This document shows, piece by piece, positions 1 through 12,255 of a stretch of DNA of 50,012 nucleotides. Within the stretch, counting starts at the first letter, position 1. Every line of letters starts with the position of its first letter. A program made the position numbers and the translations under genes. Source of the DNA: Escherichia coli. GTDB lineage: Bacteria > Pseudomonadota > Gammaproteobacteria > Enterobacterales > Enterobacteriaceae. The notes under the pieces are model-generated. The model saw only the letters and a list, made by a program, of their open reading frames with translations, ran no database searches and was not told where the DNA came from. The stretch lies in assembly GCF_003334315.1 (NCBI RefSeq), contig NZ_QOWR01000033.1; one strand, given 5' to 3'.

Positions 1-438
1 AGGCCGCAGTCGGTAACCTCGCGCATACAGCCGGGCAGTGACGTCATCGTCTGCGCGGAAATGGACGAACAGTGGGGCTATGTCGGGGCTAAATCGCGCC
101 AGCGCTGGCTGTTTTACGCGTATGACAGTCTCCGGAAGACGGTTGTTGCGCACGTATTCGGTGAACGCACTATGGCGACGCTGGGGCGTCTTATGAGCCT
201 GCTGTCACCCTTTGACGTGGTGATATGGATGACGGATGGCTGGCCGCTGTATGAATCCCGCCTGAAGGGAAAGCTGCACGTAATCAGCAAGCGATATACG
301 CAGCGAATTGAGCGGCATAACCTGAATCTGAGGCAGCACCTGGCACGGCTGGGACGGAAGTCGCTGTCGTTCTCAAAATCGGTGGAGCTGCATGACAAAG
401 TCATCGGGCATTATCTGAACATAAAACACTATCAATAA
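1..438 (+). CDS. insB: IS1 transposase InsB, 5'-truncated by the window edge
   Basis: Frame 1 is open from position 1 and reads ...[31 protein letters not shown]..., continuous with the 61..438 ORF. Confidence 0.9.
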   Translation, partial: RPQSVTSRIQPGSDVIVCAEMDEQWGYVGAKSRQRWLFYAYDSLRKTVVAHVFGERTMATLGRLMSLLSPFDVVIWMTDGWPLYESRLKGKLHVISKRYTQRIERHNLNLRQHLARLGRKSLSFSKSVELHDKVIGHYLNIKHYQ

Positions 439-453
439 GTTGGAGTCATTACC
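1..453 (+). mobile_element. IS1, 3' portion ending at the right inverted repeat (...caataagttggagtcattacc); element continues beyond the window start
   Basis: Terminal sequence matches the IS1 right end from memory; InsB reading frame runs in from the window edge. Confidence 0.9.
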
Positions 454-855
454 GACGAAGATTTAAAAGCGCTGCCGGAAAAAGGCGGTTATTTGTGCCT
501 GTTTGACGTCGATAAATTCAAAAACATTAACGACACCTTCGGTCATTTGCTGGGCGATGAAGTGTTGATGAAAGTGGTGAAAATCCTTAAATCACAGATC
601 CCGGTAGATAAAGGTAAAGTCTACCGCTTCGGCGGTGACGAATTTGCGGTGATTTATACGGGTGGAACGCTGGAAGAGTTGCTATCGATTCTAAAAGAAA
701 TCGTTCATTTCCAGGTGGGAAGCATTAATTTAAGTACCAGTATCGGTGTAGCACATTCAAATGAATGTCCTACCGTCGAACGCTTGAAAATGCTGGTGGA
801 TGAGCGGCTGTATAAGAGTAAGAAAAACGGCAGGGCACAGATTAGCTGGCAGTAA
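454..855 (+). pseudogene. dgcI: 3' fragment of a diguanylate cyclase gene (GGDEF domain, RFGGDEF motif), 5' end replaced by IS1
   Basis: Frame is open from the IS1 junction at 454 with no upstream start; GGDEF motif in the translation; position next to rimO matches E. coli yliF/dgcI. Confidence 0.7.
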
Positions 856-865
856 TCATTATTCG

Positions 866-895
866 CAGGCCGGACAAATGATTTTGCCCGGCCTG
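866..895. terminator. Hairpin between convergent dgcI fragment and rimO (caggccgg...ccggcctg)
   Basis: Inverted repeat read directly from the sequence. Confidence 0.5.
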
Positions 896-901
896 AATTA
901 A

Positions 902-2227
902 TTAAACCCGGCTACCCCACAAATCGTACTCATCGGCGTGCTCGACTTTCACACGCAGGATATCACCCGGCTTAACGTTGGTTTCACCATTGAGATAAAC
1001 CGCGCCGTCGATTTCCGGTGCATCTGCCATGCTGCGACCAATTGCGCCTTCTTCGTCCACTTCGTCGATAATCACCAGAATTTCACGGCCCACTTTCTCT
1101 TGCAGGCGCTCGGCGGAAATCTGCTGCTGCAGCTGCATGAAACGGTTCCAGCGTTCTTCTTTCACTTCTTCCGGAACCTGGTCAGGCAGGGCATTGGCGT
1201 CTGCACCTTCAACCGGGCTGTATTTAAAGCAGCCAACGCGATCCAGACGCGCTTCTTTCAGGAAGTCGAGTAGCATCTGGAAATCTTCTTCCGTCTCGCC
1301 AGGGAAGCCGACAATAAAGGTTGAGCGTAGGGTCAGTTCCGGGCAGATTTCGCGCCACTGTTTGATGCGCGCCAGTTGGCGATCTACAGAACCCGGACGC
1401 TTCATCAGTTTGAGAATGCGCGGGCTGGCGTGCTGCAACGGAATGTCCAGATACGGCAGGATTTTGCCTTCTGCCATCAGTGGGATGACGTCGTCCACAT
1501 GCGGATAAGGGTAAACGTAGTGCAGACGTGTCCAGATCCCCAGTTTCGATAACTGTTCGCACAGGCTGACCATGCTGGTTTTTACCGGCTCGCCGTTGTG
1601 GAAGCCAGTACGATGTTTAACATCAACGCCATAGGCGGAAGTATCCTGCGAGATCACCAGAATCTCTTTAACGCCCGCATCTACCAGACGTTTCGCTTCA
1701 CTTAACACTTCGCCAATCGGACGGCTCACCAGGTCGCCGCGCATAGACGGAATAATGCAGAAGGTGCAGCGGTGATTACAGCCTTCAGAAATTTTCAGAT
1801 AGGCATAATGACGCGGCGTCAGTTTCACACCTTGTTCTGGCACCAGGCTCAGGAATGGGTTGTGTTTCGGTTTCGGCACGTAGTGATGAACGTGCTCCAG
1901 AACCTGCTCATAGCTATGAGGCCCGGTGATTTCCAGCACTTTCGGGTGGACTTCGCGGATCTGATCTTCTTTTGCCCCCAGACAACCGGTCACAATAACC
2001 TTGCCGTTTTCATTCAACGCTTCACCAATGGCTTCCAGTGATTCTTGTACCGCGCTGTCAATAAAGCCGCAGGTGTTGACGATCACCATGTCCGCATCGT
2101 CATAGCTCGGTACCACGTCATAACCTTCAGTGCGGAGTTCGGTGAGAATACGCTCTGAATCAACAAGGTTTTTCGGACAGCCAAGGGAAACAAAGCCGAT
2201 TTTCGGCTGGGGAGTTACTTTGCTCAT
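902..2227 (-). CDS. rimO: Ribosomal protein S12 methylthiotransferase RimO (radical [11 protein letters not shown] motif)
   Basis: 441 aa ORF; N-terminus [21 protein letters not shown] and radical-SAM cysteine motif. Confidence 0.95.
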
Positions 2228-2439
2228 AGCTTAAAAAATATTCAGTTACAGGAAAGGTCAGGGCAGGGATTCTACAGAGTTCTGGATAAAATTTGTATCG
2301 CAATCTCATTCGCTGGCGGAGGCGAAGGAAATGTAAATTTTGTTAATTCGGCGTGAAGAATTGATCCTGGACAGCATTTTGCTCAAAAAATAGCCATACT
2401 ATTTAATTGCAACAAGGCTGGAAAGAGGAGGATCGAAGT

Positions 2440-2823
2440 ATGTTCGTTGACAGACAGCGAATCGATCTGCTGAACCGGTTGATCGACGCACGCGTTGACC
2501 TCGCCGCATACGTGCAACTGAGGAAGGCAAAAGGATACATGTCCGTCAGCGAAAGCAATCATCTACGAGATAACTTTTTTAAACTGAATCGCGAACTGCA
2601 CGATAAATCGCTGCGGTTGAATCTTCATCTGGATCAGGAAGAGTGGAGTGCTCTTCATCATGCTGAAGAAGCATTAGCGACAGCCGCAGTATGTTTGATG
2701 AGTGGGCACCATGATTGCCCGACTGTTATTACCGTCAACGCCGATAAGCTTGAAAATTGTCTGATGAGCTTAACGCTGAGTATCCAGAGCCTGCAGAAGC
2801 ACGCCATGCTTGAGAAGGCCTGA
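2440..2823 (+). CDS. bssR: Biofilm regulator BssR
   Basis: Start taken at the internal ATG (MFVDRQRIDLL...) preceded by gaggagg; matches BssR from memory. Confidence 0.85.
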   Translation: MFVDRQRIDLLNRLIDARVDLAAYVQLRKAKGYMSVSESNHLRDNFFKLNRELHDKSLRLNLHLDQEEWSALHHAEEALATAAVCLMSGHHDCPTVITVNADKLENCLMSLTLSIQSLQKHAMLEKA

Positions 2824-2830
2824 AAACTAA

Positions 2831-2860
2831 GGGGGAGAAAGCGTCTCCCCCTTCATGTTT
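2831..2860 (+). terminator. Rho-independent terminator after bssR (gggggaga...tctccccc followed by T-rich run)
   Basis: Hairpin and T tract read directly. Confidence 0.6.
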
Positions 2861-2933
2861 AAGTTTTTGTAAAAATGAATTTGTTATCTCCTCCACTGAC
2901 TACGCTTTAAGCCAGAGTCAATCCGGAGGCGTT

Positions 2934-4049
2934 ATGCATCGACCATTCTTTTTCCTTGTGCCCCTTATTTGTCTTTCTTCCGCTCTCTGGGCGGCTCCTG
3001 CAACGGTAAATGTCGAAGTACTGCAAGACAAACTCGACCATCCCTGGTCACTGGCCTTTTTACCCGATAATCACGGTATGTTAATCACTCTGCGCGGCGG
3101 CGAGTTGCGTCACTGGCAAGCAGGAAAAGGATTATCTGCGCCGCTTTCCGGAGTGCCGGACGTTTGGGCGCACGGGCAGGGCGGCCTGCTGGACGTGGTT
3201 TTAGCGCCTGATTTTGCTCAGTCTCGCCGCATCTGGTTAAGTTATTCCGAAGTTGGCGATGATGGCAAAGCCGGAACTGCTGTGGGTTATGGCCGCTTAA
3301 GTGATGATCTCTCAAAAGTGACCGACTTCCGCACCGTCTTTCGCCAGATGCCAAAACTGTCTACCGGCAACCATTTTGGCGGGCGGCTGGTATTCGACGG
3401 TAAAGGTTATCTTTTTATTGCTCTGGGCGAAAACAATCAGCGCCCGACGGCGCAGGATCTGGATAAATTACAGGGCAAACTGGTGCGTCTGACCGACCAG
3501 GGCGAAATCCCGGATGATAATCCTTTTATAAAGGAATCCGGTGCGCGCGCCGAGATCTGGTCTTATGGCATTCGTAATCCGCAAGGAATGGCGATGAATC
3601 CGTGGAGTAATGCACTGTGGCTGAATGAACATGGCCCGCGCGGTGGTGATGAAATTAATATCCCGCAAAAAGGCAAAAACTACGGCTGGCCGCTGGCAAC
3701 CTGGGGAATCAACTATTCAGGCTTTAAGATACCGGAAGCGAAAGGGGAGATCGTCGCCGGGACCGAGCAACCTGTTTTTTACTGGAAAGATTCGCCCGCT
3801 GTGAGCGGCATGGCCTTCTATAACAGCGATAAATTCCCCCAGTGGCAGCAAAAATTATTTATTGGCGCGCTGAAAGATAAAGATGTCATTGTGATGAGCG
3901 TCAACGGCGACAAAGTGACAGAAGATGGCCGTATTTTAACGGACAGAGGGCAGCGAATTCGTGATGTTCGCACTGGACCCGACGGTTATTTATACGTTCT
4001 CACCGACGAGTCCAGTGGGGAATTACTTAAAGTTAGCCCACGCAATTAG
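2934..4049 (+). CDS. yliI: Soluble aldose sugar dehydrogenase YliI, secreted
   Basis: 371 aa ORF with N-terminal signal peptide; synteny with bssR and gstB. Confidence 0.85.
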
Positions 4050-4672
4050 CTAACGGGAATCATCACCACTTTGCGCACTGCGGGGCGTTCAGTGAGTTGC
4101 TGATACCAGCGTTGCAGATTTGGACGCGGTGTCCAGGTCAGGCCAACGTTAAACAAATTGTAGATGAACGGTGCGATAGCGATATCGCCCACACCAAACT
4201 CGTCGCCAGAGAACCATTTTACTTTTGCCAGTTCCGCATCGAGCAGGGCAAACAGGGCGTCGCACTCTTTGCAACTGGCATCAATGGCGGCCTGATCGCG
4301 CTCTTCCGGTGGTGTTCTGACTAATCCCATCAGGATCCCGCGATGAGCATTACTGAGCGTCTGGTTTGCCCAGTCCATCCATTTTTCCGCTTCCGCACGA
4401 CGTGCCGGTGAGTCGATCCACAGACGTTTTTGCCCGTACTGTGCCGCCAGATAGCGGACAATGGCGTTTGATTCCCAAAGAATGAGATCACTTTCGTCGT
4501 CACGCAACAACGGCACCAGCCCGTTAGGGTTCATCGCCAGAAAATCAGCATCGTGATTTATCCCAAACTCACGGCCCGCGAGAATTTGCTCATAAGGTAG
4601 TTCCAGTTCTTCGAGCGTCAGCAATACTTTTTTTACGTTGGTTGAATTATTCCGACCCCACAGCGTAATCAT
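4046..4672 (-). CDS. gstB: Glutathione S-transferase GstB
   Basis: Start taken at MITLWGR...; synteny. Confidence 0.85.
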
Positions 4673-4918
4673 ACTCACCCCTTTTCCGACAGGCAGCCAC
4701 AGGCTGAACAGGACTCCGATGGTGAAGTAAAGTTAACTTTTAAGCAACAGCTGGCAAAAAAATGACACCAGAAGCAGCGAAGCGGCAGGATATTGCATAA
4801 ACTTTAAAAACTTTACCAACTTACGGTTTCTTTAAGTTTGTGTGTGCGTTATTAATCACCGAACTTATCATACGGCGATATAACGTATTTTTTTTGAATG
4901 GATACTCGGGTGGCATTT

Positions 4919-6121
4919 ATGACGCAATACTCCTCTCTCCTTCGTGGTCTTGCAGCAGGTTCTGCATTTTTATTCCTTTTTGCCCCAACGGCATTCGCGG
5001 CGGAACAAACCGTTGAAGCGCCGAGCGTGGATGCGCGTGCATGGATTTTAATGGATTACGCCAGCGGTAAAGTGCTGGCAGAAGGCAACGCGGATGAGAA
5101 ACTGGATCCCGCGAGCCTGACTAAAATCATGACCAGCTATGTGGTTGGGCAGGCGCTTAAGGCCGATAAGATTAAACTCACCGATATGGTGACGGTCGGT
5201 AAAGATGCCTGGGCGACGGGAAATCCGGCACTGCGTGGTTCATCGGTAATGTTCCTCAAACCGGGCGATCAGGTTTCGGTGGCAGACTTGAACAAAGGTG
5301 TGATTATCCAGTCCGGTAATGACGCCTGTATTGCGCTGGCCGATTACGTTGCCGGGAGCCAGGAGTCATTCATTGGTTTGATGAATGGTTATGCCAAAAA
5401 ACTGGGTCTGACCAACACTACCTTCCAGACGGTGCACGGTCTGGATGCGCCGGGGCAGTTCAGTACCGCGCGCGATATGGCATTGCTGGGTAAAGCATTG
5501 ATCCACGATGTGCCGGAAGAGTACGCCATTCATAAAGAGAAAGAGTTCACCTTCAACAAAATTCGTCAGCCTAACCGTAACCGTCTGCTGTGGAGCAGCA
5601 ATCTGAATGTTGATGGCATGAAGACAGGAACCACGGCAGGCGCGGGATATAATCTGGTTGCTTCGGCTACCCAGGGCGATATGCGTTTAATCTCCGTAGT
5701 GCTGGGGGCGAAAACTGACCGTATCCGTTTTAATGAGTCTGAGAAATTATTGACCTGGGGTTTCCGCTTCTTTGAAACCGTGACGCCAATTAAACCTGAT
5801 GCCACCTTTGTGACTCAGCGCGTCTGGTTTGGTGATAAGAGCGAAGTGAATCTCGGGGCAGGTGAAGCGGGCTCAGTGACCATACCGCGTGGGCAGCTGA
5901 AAAACCTGAAAGCGAGTTATACGTTAACGGAACCGCAGCTTACCGCACCGCTGAAAAAAGGTCAGGTTGTCGGGACCATTGATTTCCAGCTTAACGGTAA
6001 ATCCATTGAGCAGCGTCCGCTGATCGTGATGGAAAATGTGGAAGAGGGCGGATTCTTTGGTCGGATGTGGGATTTCGTGATGATGAAATTCCATCAGTGG
6101 TTCGGCAGCTGGTTCTCTTAA
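4919..6121 (+). CDS. dacC: D-alanyl-D-alanine carboxypeptidase PBP6 (DacC)
   Basis: Start at [11 protein letters not shown]... with signal peptide; carries the serine-peptidase SxxK (SLTK) and SGN motifs. Confidence 0.9.
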   Translation: MTQYSSLLRGLAAGSAFLFLFAPTAFAAEQTVEAPSVDARAWILMDYASGKVLAEGNADEKLDPASLTKIMTSYVVGQALKADKIKLTDMVTVGKDAWATGNPALRGSSVMFLKPGDQVSVADLNKGVIIQSGNDACIALADYVAGSQESFIGLMNGYAKKLGLTNTTFQTVHGLDAPGQFSTARDMALLGKALIHDVPEEYAIHKEKEFTFNKIRQPNRNRLLWSSNLNVDGMKTGTTAGAGYNLVASATQGDMRLISVVLGAKTDRIRFNESEKLLTWGFRFFETVTPIKPDATFVTQRVWFGDKSEVNLGAGEAGSVTIPRGQLKNLKASYTLTEPQLTAPLKKGQVVGTIDFQLNGKSIEQRPLIVMENVEEGGFFGRMWDFVMMKFHQWFGSWFS

Positions 6122-6167
6122 TCTTCTGATAACCGGATGGCGCGAAACGTCATCCGGTTATACGTCA

Positions 6168-6926
6168 TTAATACATCAACTTAATGCGCTGCGTCTGCGC
6201 GTACTTCACATACTCATCTTCCGGGCAACAATCGCTCACCACAATATCAAAGCGTTTCAGGTCACCCATGCGCGCCGGACGCACCTTGCCAAATTTACTG
6301 TGGTCGACAACCAGCACATGCTTTTGCGCCATCGACATGGCCCAGTGTTTTACCGGCAACTCTTCAAGATTAAAACAGGTAGCGCCTTTACTGACATGCA
6401 CGCCCGCCGCGGAATAAAAAGCGATATCCGGGCAAAAATTATTCAACGTTTGCTGAAAATCGATGGGTTTGAAAATGGCGTTGCTGGCGTGAAATTCACC
6501 ACCGCACAGAAATGCGCGGCAATGGGGTTTCTCTTTCAGCGCCAGAAAGGTATTTAGCGAATAACAAACGGCGGTAAAAGGGATTTCATTATCAATCGCT
6601 TCAATAATCCACGGCGTGGTGGTGCCACAGTCAAAAAAGAGGGTCTGATCGGGTTCTACCAGCGTCGCAGCCAGTTTTGCCGCCCGGCGTTTTTCTTCCA
6701 CCAGGCGGGATTTTTGATCGCTTAACAGGTAATGGCTGGCACTGCGCGGTTCCAGAACAATATAGCCGCCGAGCAAAACGACGGGCGCACTGTGGTTGTT
6801 CAGATCGCGACGAATCGTCATCTCCGAAACCCCAAGCAGGGCGGCGGCGTCTTTAAGATGTAACTTATCGCTGCGTTTTAATTCTTGCAGCAGCTGCCCG
6901 ATACGCTCTTCGCGACGTGTTTCCAT
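6168..6926 (-). CDS. deoR: DeoR transcriptional repressor
   Basis: 252 aa, N-terminal HTH, synteny. Confidence 0.9.
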   Translation of the reverse strand: METRREERIGQLLQELKRSDKLHLKDAAALLGVSEMTIRRDLNNHSAPVVLLGGYIVLEPRSASHYLLSDQKSRLVEEKRRAAKLAATLVEPDQTLFFDCGTTTPWIIEAIDNEIPFTAVCYSLNTFLALKEKPHCRAFLCGGEFHASNAIFKPIDFQQTLNNFCPDIAFYSAAGVHVSKGATCFNLEELPVKHWAMSMAQKHVLVVDHSKFGKVRPARMGDLKRFDIVVSDCCPEDEYVKYAQTQRIKLMY

Positions 6927-6983
6927 AATCCCTCTGAATAGTTATTGAAGCGAGCCGCTCAATACTACACTTTTTAGCAGAGA

Positions 6984-7580
6984 TCAGTCACGCACCCAGC
7001 CTTTGCGGATCGGTAATGCAAAACAGACGCGATACCACGATTGCAGACGTTGATAGAGTTTATGCCCCATCGCTTGCCAGATAATCTGGGCACTAAGGCA
7101 GCCAATCATACCTGCCAGCAATCCACCGAGCATATCCAGCGGCCAGTGGACGCCAAGATAAACGCGCGACCAGGCAATGACGACGGCCAGCACCATTAAA
7201 AGTGAGCCGGACCACAGGCGATGCCAGCATAAAAATGCCAGTGCAAAGGTGAAAATCACCGTACCGTGATCGCTTGGGAATGAGTCATCCGCCGCATGAT
7301 GCAGGAAGTTATAGCCGATATTTTCGACAAAGGGTCGGTCGTGCGGAAAAAGATGTCCCATCGTCCAGGACACAAACAGGCTGACCGCCAGCGCGATAGC
7401 GATTTTTATCACCAGTTGCCGTTGTGCTGTAAGCCCCCACAACCAAAGTACCACGGCCAGCAACGGCACCACGGTAATCAAATCTTTAGCAATAAAAATC
7501 GCCAACGAGATCATCCACGGAGCCGAGTCTGGCGTCGCGTTAATAAGAGAGAATAGAGAGAGATTCAAATTTTCCAGCAT
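6984..7580 (-). CDS. ybjG: Undecaprenyl-pyrophosphate phosphatase YbjG (PAP2 family membrane protein)
   Basis: Start taken at MLENLNLSLF...; hydrophobic membrane protein. Confidence 0.85.
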   Translation of the reverse strand: MLENLNLSLFSLINATPDSAPWMISLAIFIAKDLITVVPLLAVVLWLWGLTAQRQLVIKIAIALAVSLFVSWTMGHLFPHDRPFVENIGYNFLHHAADDSFPSDHGTVIFTFALAFLCWHRLWSGSLLMVLAVVIAWSRVYLGVHWPLDMLGGLLAGMIGCLSAQIIWQAMGHKLYQRLQSWYRVCFALPIRKGWVRD

Positions 7581-7864
7581 AACTTCCCGACGCAAAGTGA
7601 TTAAAAGGGAGCCAATACAGGCAAGTCGTTGAGAATAAAGTGCAGGTTAAACTGGGTAAAGCGGCATCGTCTTATTTCCCTCAAGCGGCCTGTTTACGGT
7701 GGGTGATTGTAACGGGCATAGGTTAAATAAAACTTAAAGAAAGCGTAGCTATACTCGCAATAATGTAAGAATGTGCTTAACCGTGGTTTCAGCTACAAAA
7801 TTCGCTTTCTCGTTAGCTGCGCTTTTATTAAACTCTGCGCGATTATTATTGGCGAAGAAATTGC

Positions 7865-9097
7865 ATGCAAAATAAATTAGCTTCCGGTGCCAGGCTTGGA
7901 CGTCAGGCGTTACTTTTCCCTCTCTGTCTGGTGCTTTACGAATTTTCAACCTATATCGGCAACGATATGATTCAACCCGGTATGTTGGCCGTGGTGGAAC
8001 AATATCAGGCGGGCATTGATTGGGTTCCTACTTCAATGACCGCATATCTGGCGGGCGGGATGTTTTTACAATGGCTCCTGGGGCCGCTGTCGGATCGTAT
8101 TGGTCGCCGTCCGGTGATGCTGGCGGGGGTGGTGTGGTTTATCATCACCTGTCTGGCAATATTGCTGGCGCAAAACATTGAACAATTCACCCTGTTGCGC
8201 TTCTTGCAGGGCATAAGCCTCTGTTTCATTGGCGCTGTGGGATACGCCGCAATTCAGGAATCCTTCGAAGAGGCGGTTTGTATCAAGATCACCGCGCTGA
8301 TGGCGAACGTGGCGCTGATTGCTCCGCTACTTGGTCCGCTGGTGGGCGCGGCGTGGATCCATGTGCTGCCCTGGGAGGGGATGTTTGTTTTGTTTGCCGC
8401 ATTGGCAGCGATCTCCTTTTTCGGTCTGCAACGAGCCATGCCTGAAACTGCCACGCGTATAGGCGAGAAACTGTCACTGAAAGAACTCGGTCGTGACTAT
8501 AAGCTGGTGCTGAAGAACGGCCGCTTTGTGGCGGGGGCGCTGGCGCTGGGATTCGTTAGCCTGCCATTGCTGGCGTGGATCGCCCAGTCGCCGATTATCA
8601 TCATTACCGGCGAGCAGTTGAGCAGCTATGAATATGGCTTGCTGCAAGTGCCTATTTTCGGGGCGTTAATTGCGGGTAACTTGCTGTTAGCGCGTTTGAC
8701 CTCGCGCCGCACCGTACGTTCGCTGATAATTATGGGCGGCTGGCCGATTATGATTGGTCTGTTGGTCGCTGCTGCGGCAACGGTTATCTCATCGCACGCG
8801 TATTTATGGATGACTGCCGGGTTAAGTATTTATGCTTTCGGTATTGGTCTGGCGAATGCGGGACTGGTGCGATTAACCCTGTTTGCCAGCGATATGAGTA
8901 AAGGTACGGTTTCTGCGGCGATGGGAATGCTGCAAATGCTGATCTTTACCGTTGGTATTGAAATCAGCAAACATGCCTGGCTGAACGGGGGCAACGGACA
9001 GTTTAATCTCTTCAACCTTGTCAACGGAATTTTGTGGCTGTCGCTGATGGTTATCTTTTTAAAAGATAAACAGATGGGAAATTCTCACGAAGGGTAA
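7865..9097 (+). CDS. mdfA: MFS multidrug efflux transporter MdfA (Cmr)
   Basis: 410 aa polytopic membrane protein; synteny. Confidence 0.9.
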   Translation: MQNKLASGARLGRQALLFPLCLVLYEFSTYIGNDMIQPGMLAVVEQYQAGIDWVPTSMTAYLAGGMFLQWLLGPLSDRIGRRPVMLAGVVWFIITCLAILLAQNIEQFTLLRFLQGISLCFIGAVGYAAIQESFEEAVCIKITALMANVALIAPLLGPLVGAAWIHVLPWEGMFVLFAALAAISFFGLQRAMPETATRIGEKLSLKELGRDYKLVLKNGRFVAGALALGFVSLPLLAWIAQSPIIIITGEQLSSYEYGLLQVPIFGALIAGNLLLARLTSRRTVRSLIIMGGWPIMIGLLVAAAATVISSHAYLWMTAGLSIYAFGIGLANAGLVRLTLFASDMSKGTVSAAMGMLQMLIFTVGIEISKHAWLNGGNGQFNLFNLVNGILWLSLMVIFLKDKQMGNSHEG

Positions 9098-9137
9098 AAA
9101 AATGCCTGACTGCTTTGTGCGATCAGGCATTCTCGAA

Positions 9138-9422
9138 TTAATGGTGATGGTCGTCAATCTGGTGTTCGATAACCATCCCTTCACCTACGCTGGCAAGATG
9201 GCGAGCATAAGGATGCGGGCGGTAAGCCGGAGCTGGCGCAGGAGCCACATAGACGGTTTGCGGCACAGTCGCGACGCTGACCGCTTGTGGAACGCTGACT
9301 GAATCAGGAACTACAACCACTTTGTATCCACTCGGCACATCGACGGTGACACTTTGCGCCATCGCCACACCAGTAAAGCCCATTAAAAGCGCGCCCAACA
9401 GTAGACAATTTTTCATAATCAT
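9138..9422 (-). CDS. ybjH: Small secreted protein YbjH
   Basis: 94 aa with signal peptide (LLLGALLMGFTGVAMA); synteny. Confidence 0.7.
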   Translation of the reverse strand: MIMKNCLLLGALLMGFTGVAMAQSVTVDVPSGYKVVVVPDSVSVPQAVSVATVPQTVYVAPAPAPAYRPHPYARHLASVGEGMVIEHQIDDHHH

Positions 9423-9507
9423 TTCGCCTGAAATAATGCAGCGGGTTAATTTCCGCGAATTATGCAGCCTTCATTCAAGTATTGTGTTGCCGGGCGTGCT
9501 GCCGTTT

Positions 9508-10326
9508 TTATTGGTCAAATGGCGCTTCGTGTTTAAGCACTTTATCGATCACATCCAGTACGCCTTCACGGTTATTGGAGCCTGCCCGGTATTTTGCCGC
9601 TGCGACGACCGCGCTGCCGGCATTTTCCATTGCAAAACTAAAGCCTGCCTGACGCAGCATCTCAATATCGTTACCGCCATCGCCAAAGACCACCACTTCG
9701 CTGTCGTCTATTCCCCATAATTTCTGCAGTTGGCGAAGGCCATTGGCTTTATGTACGCCGGGGATAATCAGATCGATGCTGCCGTTGCCGGTGTGGACTG
9801 GCACCATAATATCGCCGATGGCCTCATGTAATGCTTTTTGTACTTGTGGAATCAGTTCATCGGAAAGATTCAGGCCAAACTTAAAGAAAATATCTTCTAA
9901 GTTGTCAAAGTTATCGACGTATTCCAGACGGTGATAATACATTTCCGCCACCGTTTTCATGGCATCGTCATATTTTTTGAGCGTATAGGCGCTATTTTTT
10001 CCGCAGGCAATAATTTCCACTTCCGGGCGCGTCAGCAAATGTTCCACGACAGTAGTAAAGGCATCCTTCGACAGTTCGCCATTAAAAACATCTTTGCCTT
10101 CACTCACTACCCAGCCGCCGTTTTCAGCCACAAAGGCAATTTCATTCGCAATTTCAGGGAAGAAAGAGATCAACTGATAATATTGATTCCCGCTGGCGAC
10201 CACAAAGCGAATGCCTTGTGCTTTCATTTGCTGATACTGAGCCATAAACCGCTCACGGTTATAGGTTTTTTGATCGCTTAAGAAAGTACCATCCATGTCT
10301 ACCGCAATTAATTTAATGCTCATCAA
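9508..10326 (-). CDS. ybjI: HAD-family sugar phosphatase YbjI (Cof-like)
   Basis: N-terminal DMDGT motif; synteny. Confidence 0.85.
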   Translation of the reverse strand: MMSIKLIAVDMDGTFLSDQKTYNRERFMAQYQQMKAQGIRFVVASGNQYYQLISFFPEIANEIAFVAENGGWVVSEGKDVFNGELSKDAFTTVVEHLLTRPEVEIIACGKNSAYTLKKYDDAMKTVAEMYYHRLEYVDNFDNLEDIFFKFGLNLSDELIPQVQKALHEAIGDIMVPVHTGNGSIDLIIPGVHKANGLRQLQKLWGIDDSEVVVFGDGGNDIEMLRQAGFSFAMENAGSAVVAAAKYRAGSNNREGVLDVIDKVLKHEAPFDQ

Positions 10327-11531
10327 CTATTCTCCATCGCCGTCTGCGTTTTGGTATCGGGTTTGGCGACGGCTTTCGCGACAATAGCCGCGAGAATAAC
10401 CAGCGCCAGTACAACCAGCATTGCACTACGTAATCCATAATGTTCGCCGAGATAGCCCAGCAGCGGCGGCCCGACGAGGAAAGCCAGATAACCGGTCGTT
10501 GCTACCACACTGACGCGGGTTGGTGCATCGGGGCCGGTATCGCTGGCGGCAGAAATGGTCAGCGGGAAGCCCAGCGAGGCACCCAGTCCCCAAAGTACAA
10601 CAGACACTCCTGCGACCCAGGCGCTATCGACAAAAATAATCAGCCCAATACCCAACGCCCCCATTAGTGCACTGGCCCGAACCACGGCAACGCGACTGTA
10701 ACGGTCGATGAACCAACCGCCGGTGAAGCGTCCAACGGTCATCCCCAGGGTAAAACCGGCATAAATCAGCGAGCCGGAAGTAGGGCTAAAACCGTGACCG
10801 TCAACCATTAATAAGGGTAACCAGTCGTTGGCAGAACCTTCGGCAAAGGCCATCGCCAGCACTACAACACCAATCAACAGCAACTGGATATCGCGATAAA
10901 AAGGAATGCCTTTTTCGCCATGCTGGGTGCCATCGGCAGCATTTTTGCCCGTACCGTCAGGGATTGCCTGAATGGCGATATAAATAGGCGCGATACCTAC
11001 CAGCGCCGCCAATGAAATGTGCACCGTTGCCGGAACGCCAAAGGCCGTCAGTGCCATCCCGACACCAGCGCCTGCCAGCGTGCCCAGGCTATAAAAACCG
11101 TGCATCATCGGCAAAACCGTTTTATTCATTTCTCGCTCAACGGCGGCACCTTCAACGTTTATCGCCACTTCCGCAGAACCAAAACTTGCCCCAAAGACGC
11201 CGAGACCAACGGCAAAGAGCAGGGGCGATTTCAGCCAGAGTGCCAGACTTAATATCATCATCCCGATCAATGCGCAGGACATCGTGACCAGGATGACATT
11301 ACGTGTCCCAAAGCGTTTCACTAACCACGCCGAGCAGAGAATACCGCTCATCGAACCGATCGACAGACCAAAGAGAACACCGCCCATTTCAGCGATCGAG
11401 ACAGAGAGAATATCGCGGATAGCAGGCGTACGGGTTGCCCAGGACGCCATTAACAGGCCTGGCAAAAAGAAGAACATAAACAGCGCCCAGGTTCGGCGTT
11501 TCAATGCATTACGTGAAGAATTTACGGTCAT
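10323..11531 (-). CDS. ybjJ: MFS-type inner membrane transporter YbjJ
   Basis: 402 aa polytopic protein; synteny. Confidence 0.85.
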   Translation of the reverse strand: MTVNSSRNALKRRTWALFMFFFLPGLLMASWATRTPAIRDILSVSIAEMGGVLFGLSIGSMSGILCSAWLVKRFGTRNVILVTMSCALIGMMILSLALWLKSPLLFAVGLGVFGASFGSAEVAINVEGAAVEREMNKTVLPMMHGFYSLGTLAGAGVGMALTAFGVPATVHISLAALVGIAPIYIAIQAIPDGTGKNAADGTQHGEKGIPFYRDIQLLLIGVVVLAMAFAEGSANDWLPLLMVDGHGFSPTSGSLIYAGFTLGMTVGRFTGGWFIDRYSRVAVVRASALMGALGIGLIIFVDSAWVAGVSVVLWGLGASLGFPLTISAASDTGPDAPTRVSVVATTGYLAFLVGPPLLGYLGEHYGLRSAMLVVLALVILAAIVAKAVAKPDTKTQTAMENS

Positions 11532-11614
11532 AGATCACGTCAAAATAAGAAGAGGGAAGACAACATTAGCAAGGTTGTGTACATTTGTACACAATTGCAG
11601 AGAGAGGAAATGAT

Positions 11615-12151
11615 ATGCGTCGCGCTAACGATCCGCAACGGCGAGAAAAAATTATCCAGGCCACGCTGGAGGCGGTGAAACTTTACGGAATACATGCTGT
11701 TACGCACCGCAAAATTGCTACCCTTGCCGGGGTACCGTTGGGATCGATGACCTACTATTTTTCAGGAATTGATGAGTTGTTACTGGAGGCGTTCAGCAGT
11801 TTTACTGAGATCATGTCCCGGCAATATCAGGCATTTTTTAGCGATGTTAGTGATGCTCCGGGCGCATGCCAGGCTATCACCGATATGATCTACAGCTCAC
11901 AGGTTGCAACGCCGGATAACATGGAGCTGATGTACCAGCTCTACGCGCTGGCTAGCCGAAAACCGCTATTAAAAACGGTAATGCAAAACTGGATGCAGCG
12001 CAGTCAGCAAACGCTCGAACAATGGTTTGAACCCGGAACCGCCCGCGCGCTTGATGCGTTTATTGAGGGGATGACGCTGCATTTTGTCACCGACCGTAAG
12101 CCGCTATCGCGCGAGGAGATTTTGAGGATGGTTGAGAGGGTTGCAGGGTAG
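11615..12151 (+). CDS. rcdA: TetR-family regulator RcdA (YbjK)
   Basis: Start taken at [15 protein letters not shown]...; TetR-type HTH. Confidence 0.85.
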
Positions 12152-12167
12152 TAGATAAGTTTTAGAT

Positions 12168-12181
12168 AACAAAAAACCCAT
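12168..12181. repeat. Candidate attL core (aacaaaaaacccat)
   Basis: Identical 14-mer recurs at 46891..46904 just outside the last prophage gene. Confidence 0.4.
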
Positions 12182-12255
12182 TTATGTAAATGGGTTAGTG
12201 AAAACAACGACTTGCAAGATAATCAATAAGTTAGGTTGGTGGTCAGTGGTGGTTA

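Noticed and set aside
114-404. 96-aa minus-strand ORF within IS1
   Set aside because: Antisense to insB.
1029-1508. 159-aa plus-strand ORF inside rimO
   Set aside because: Antisense shadow of rimO.
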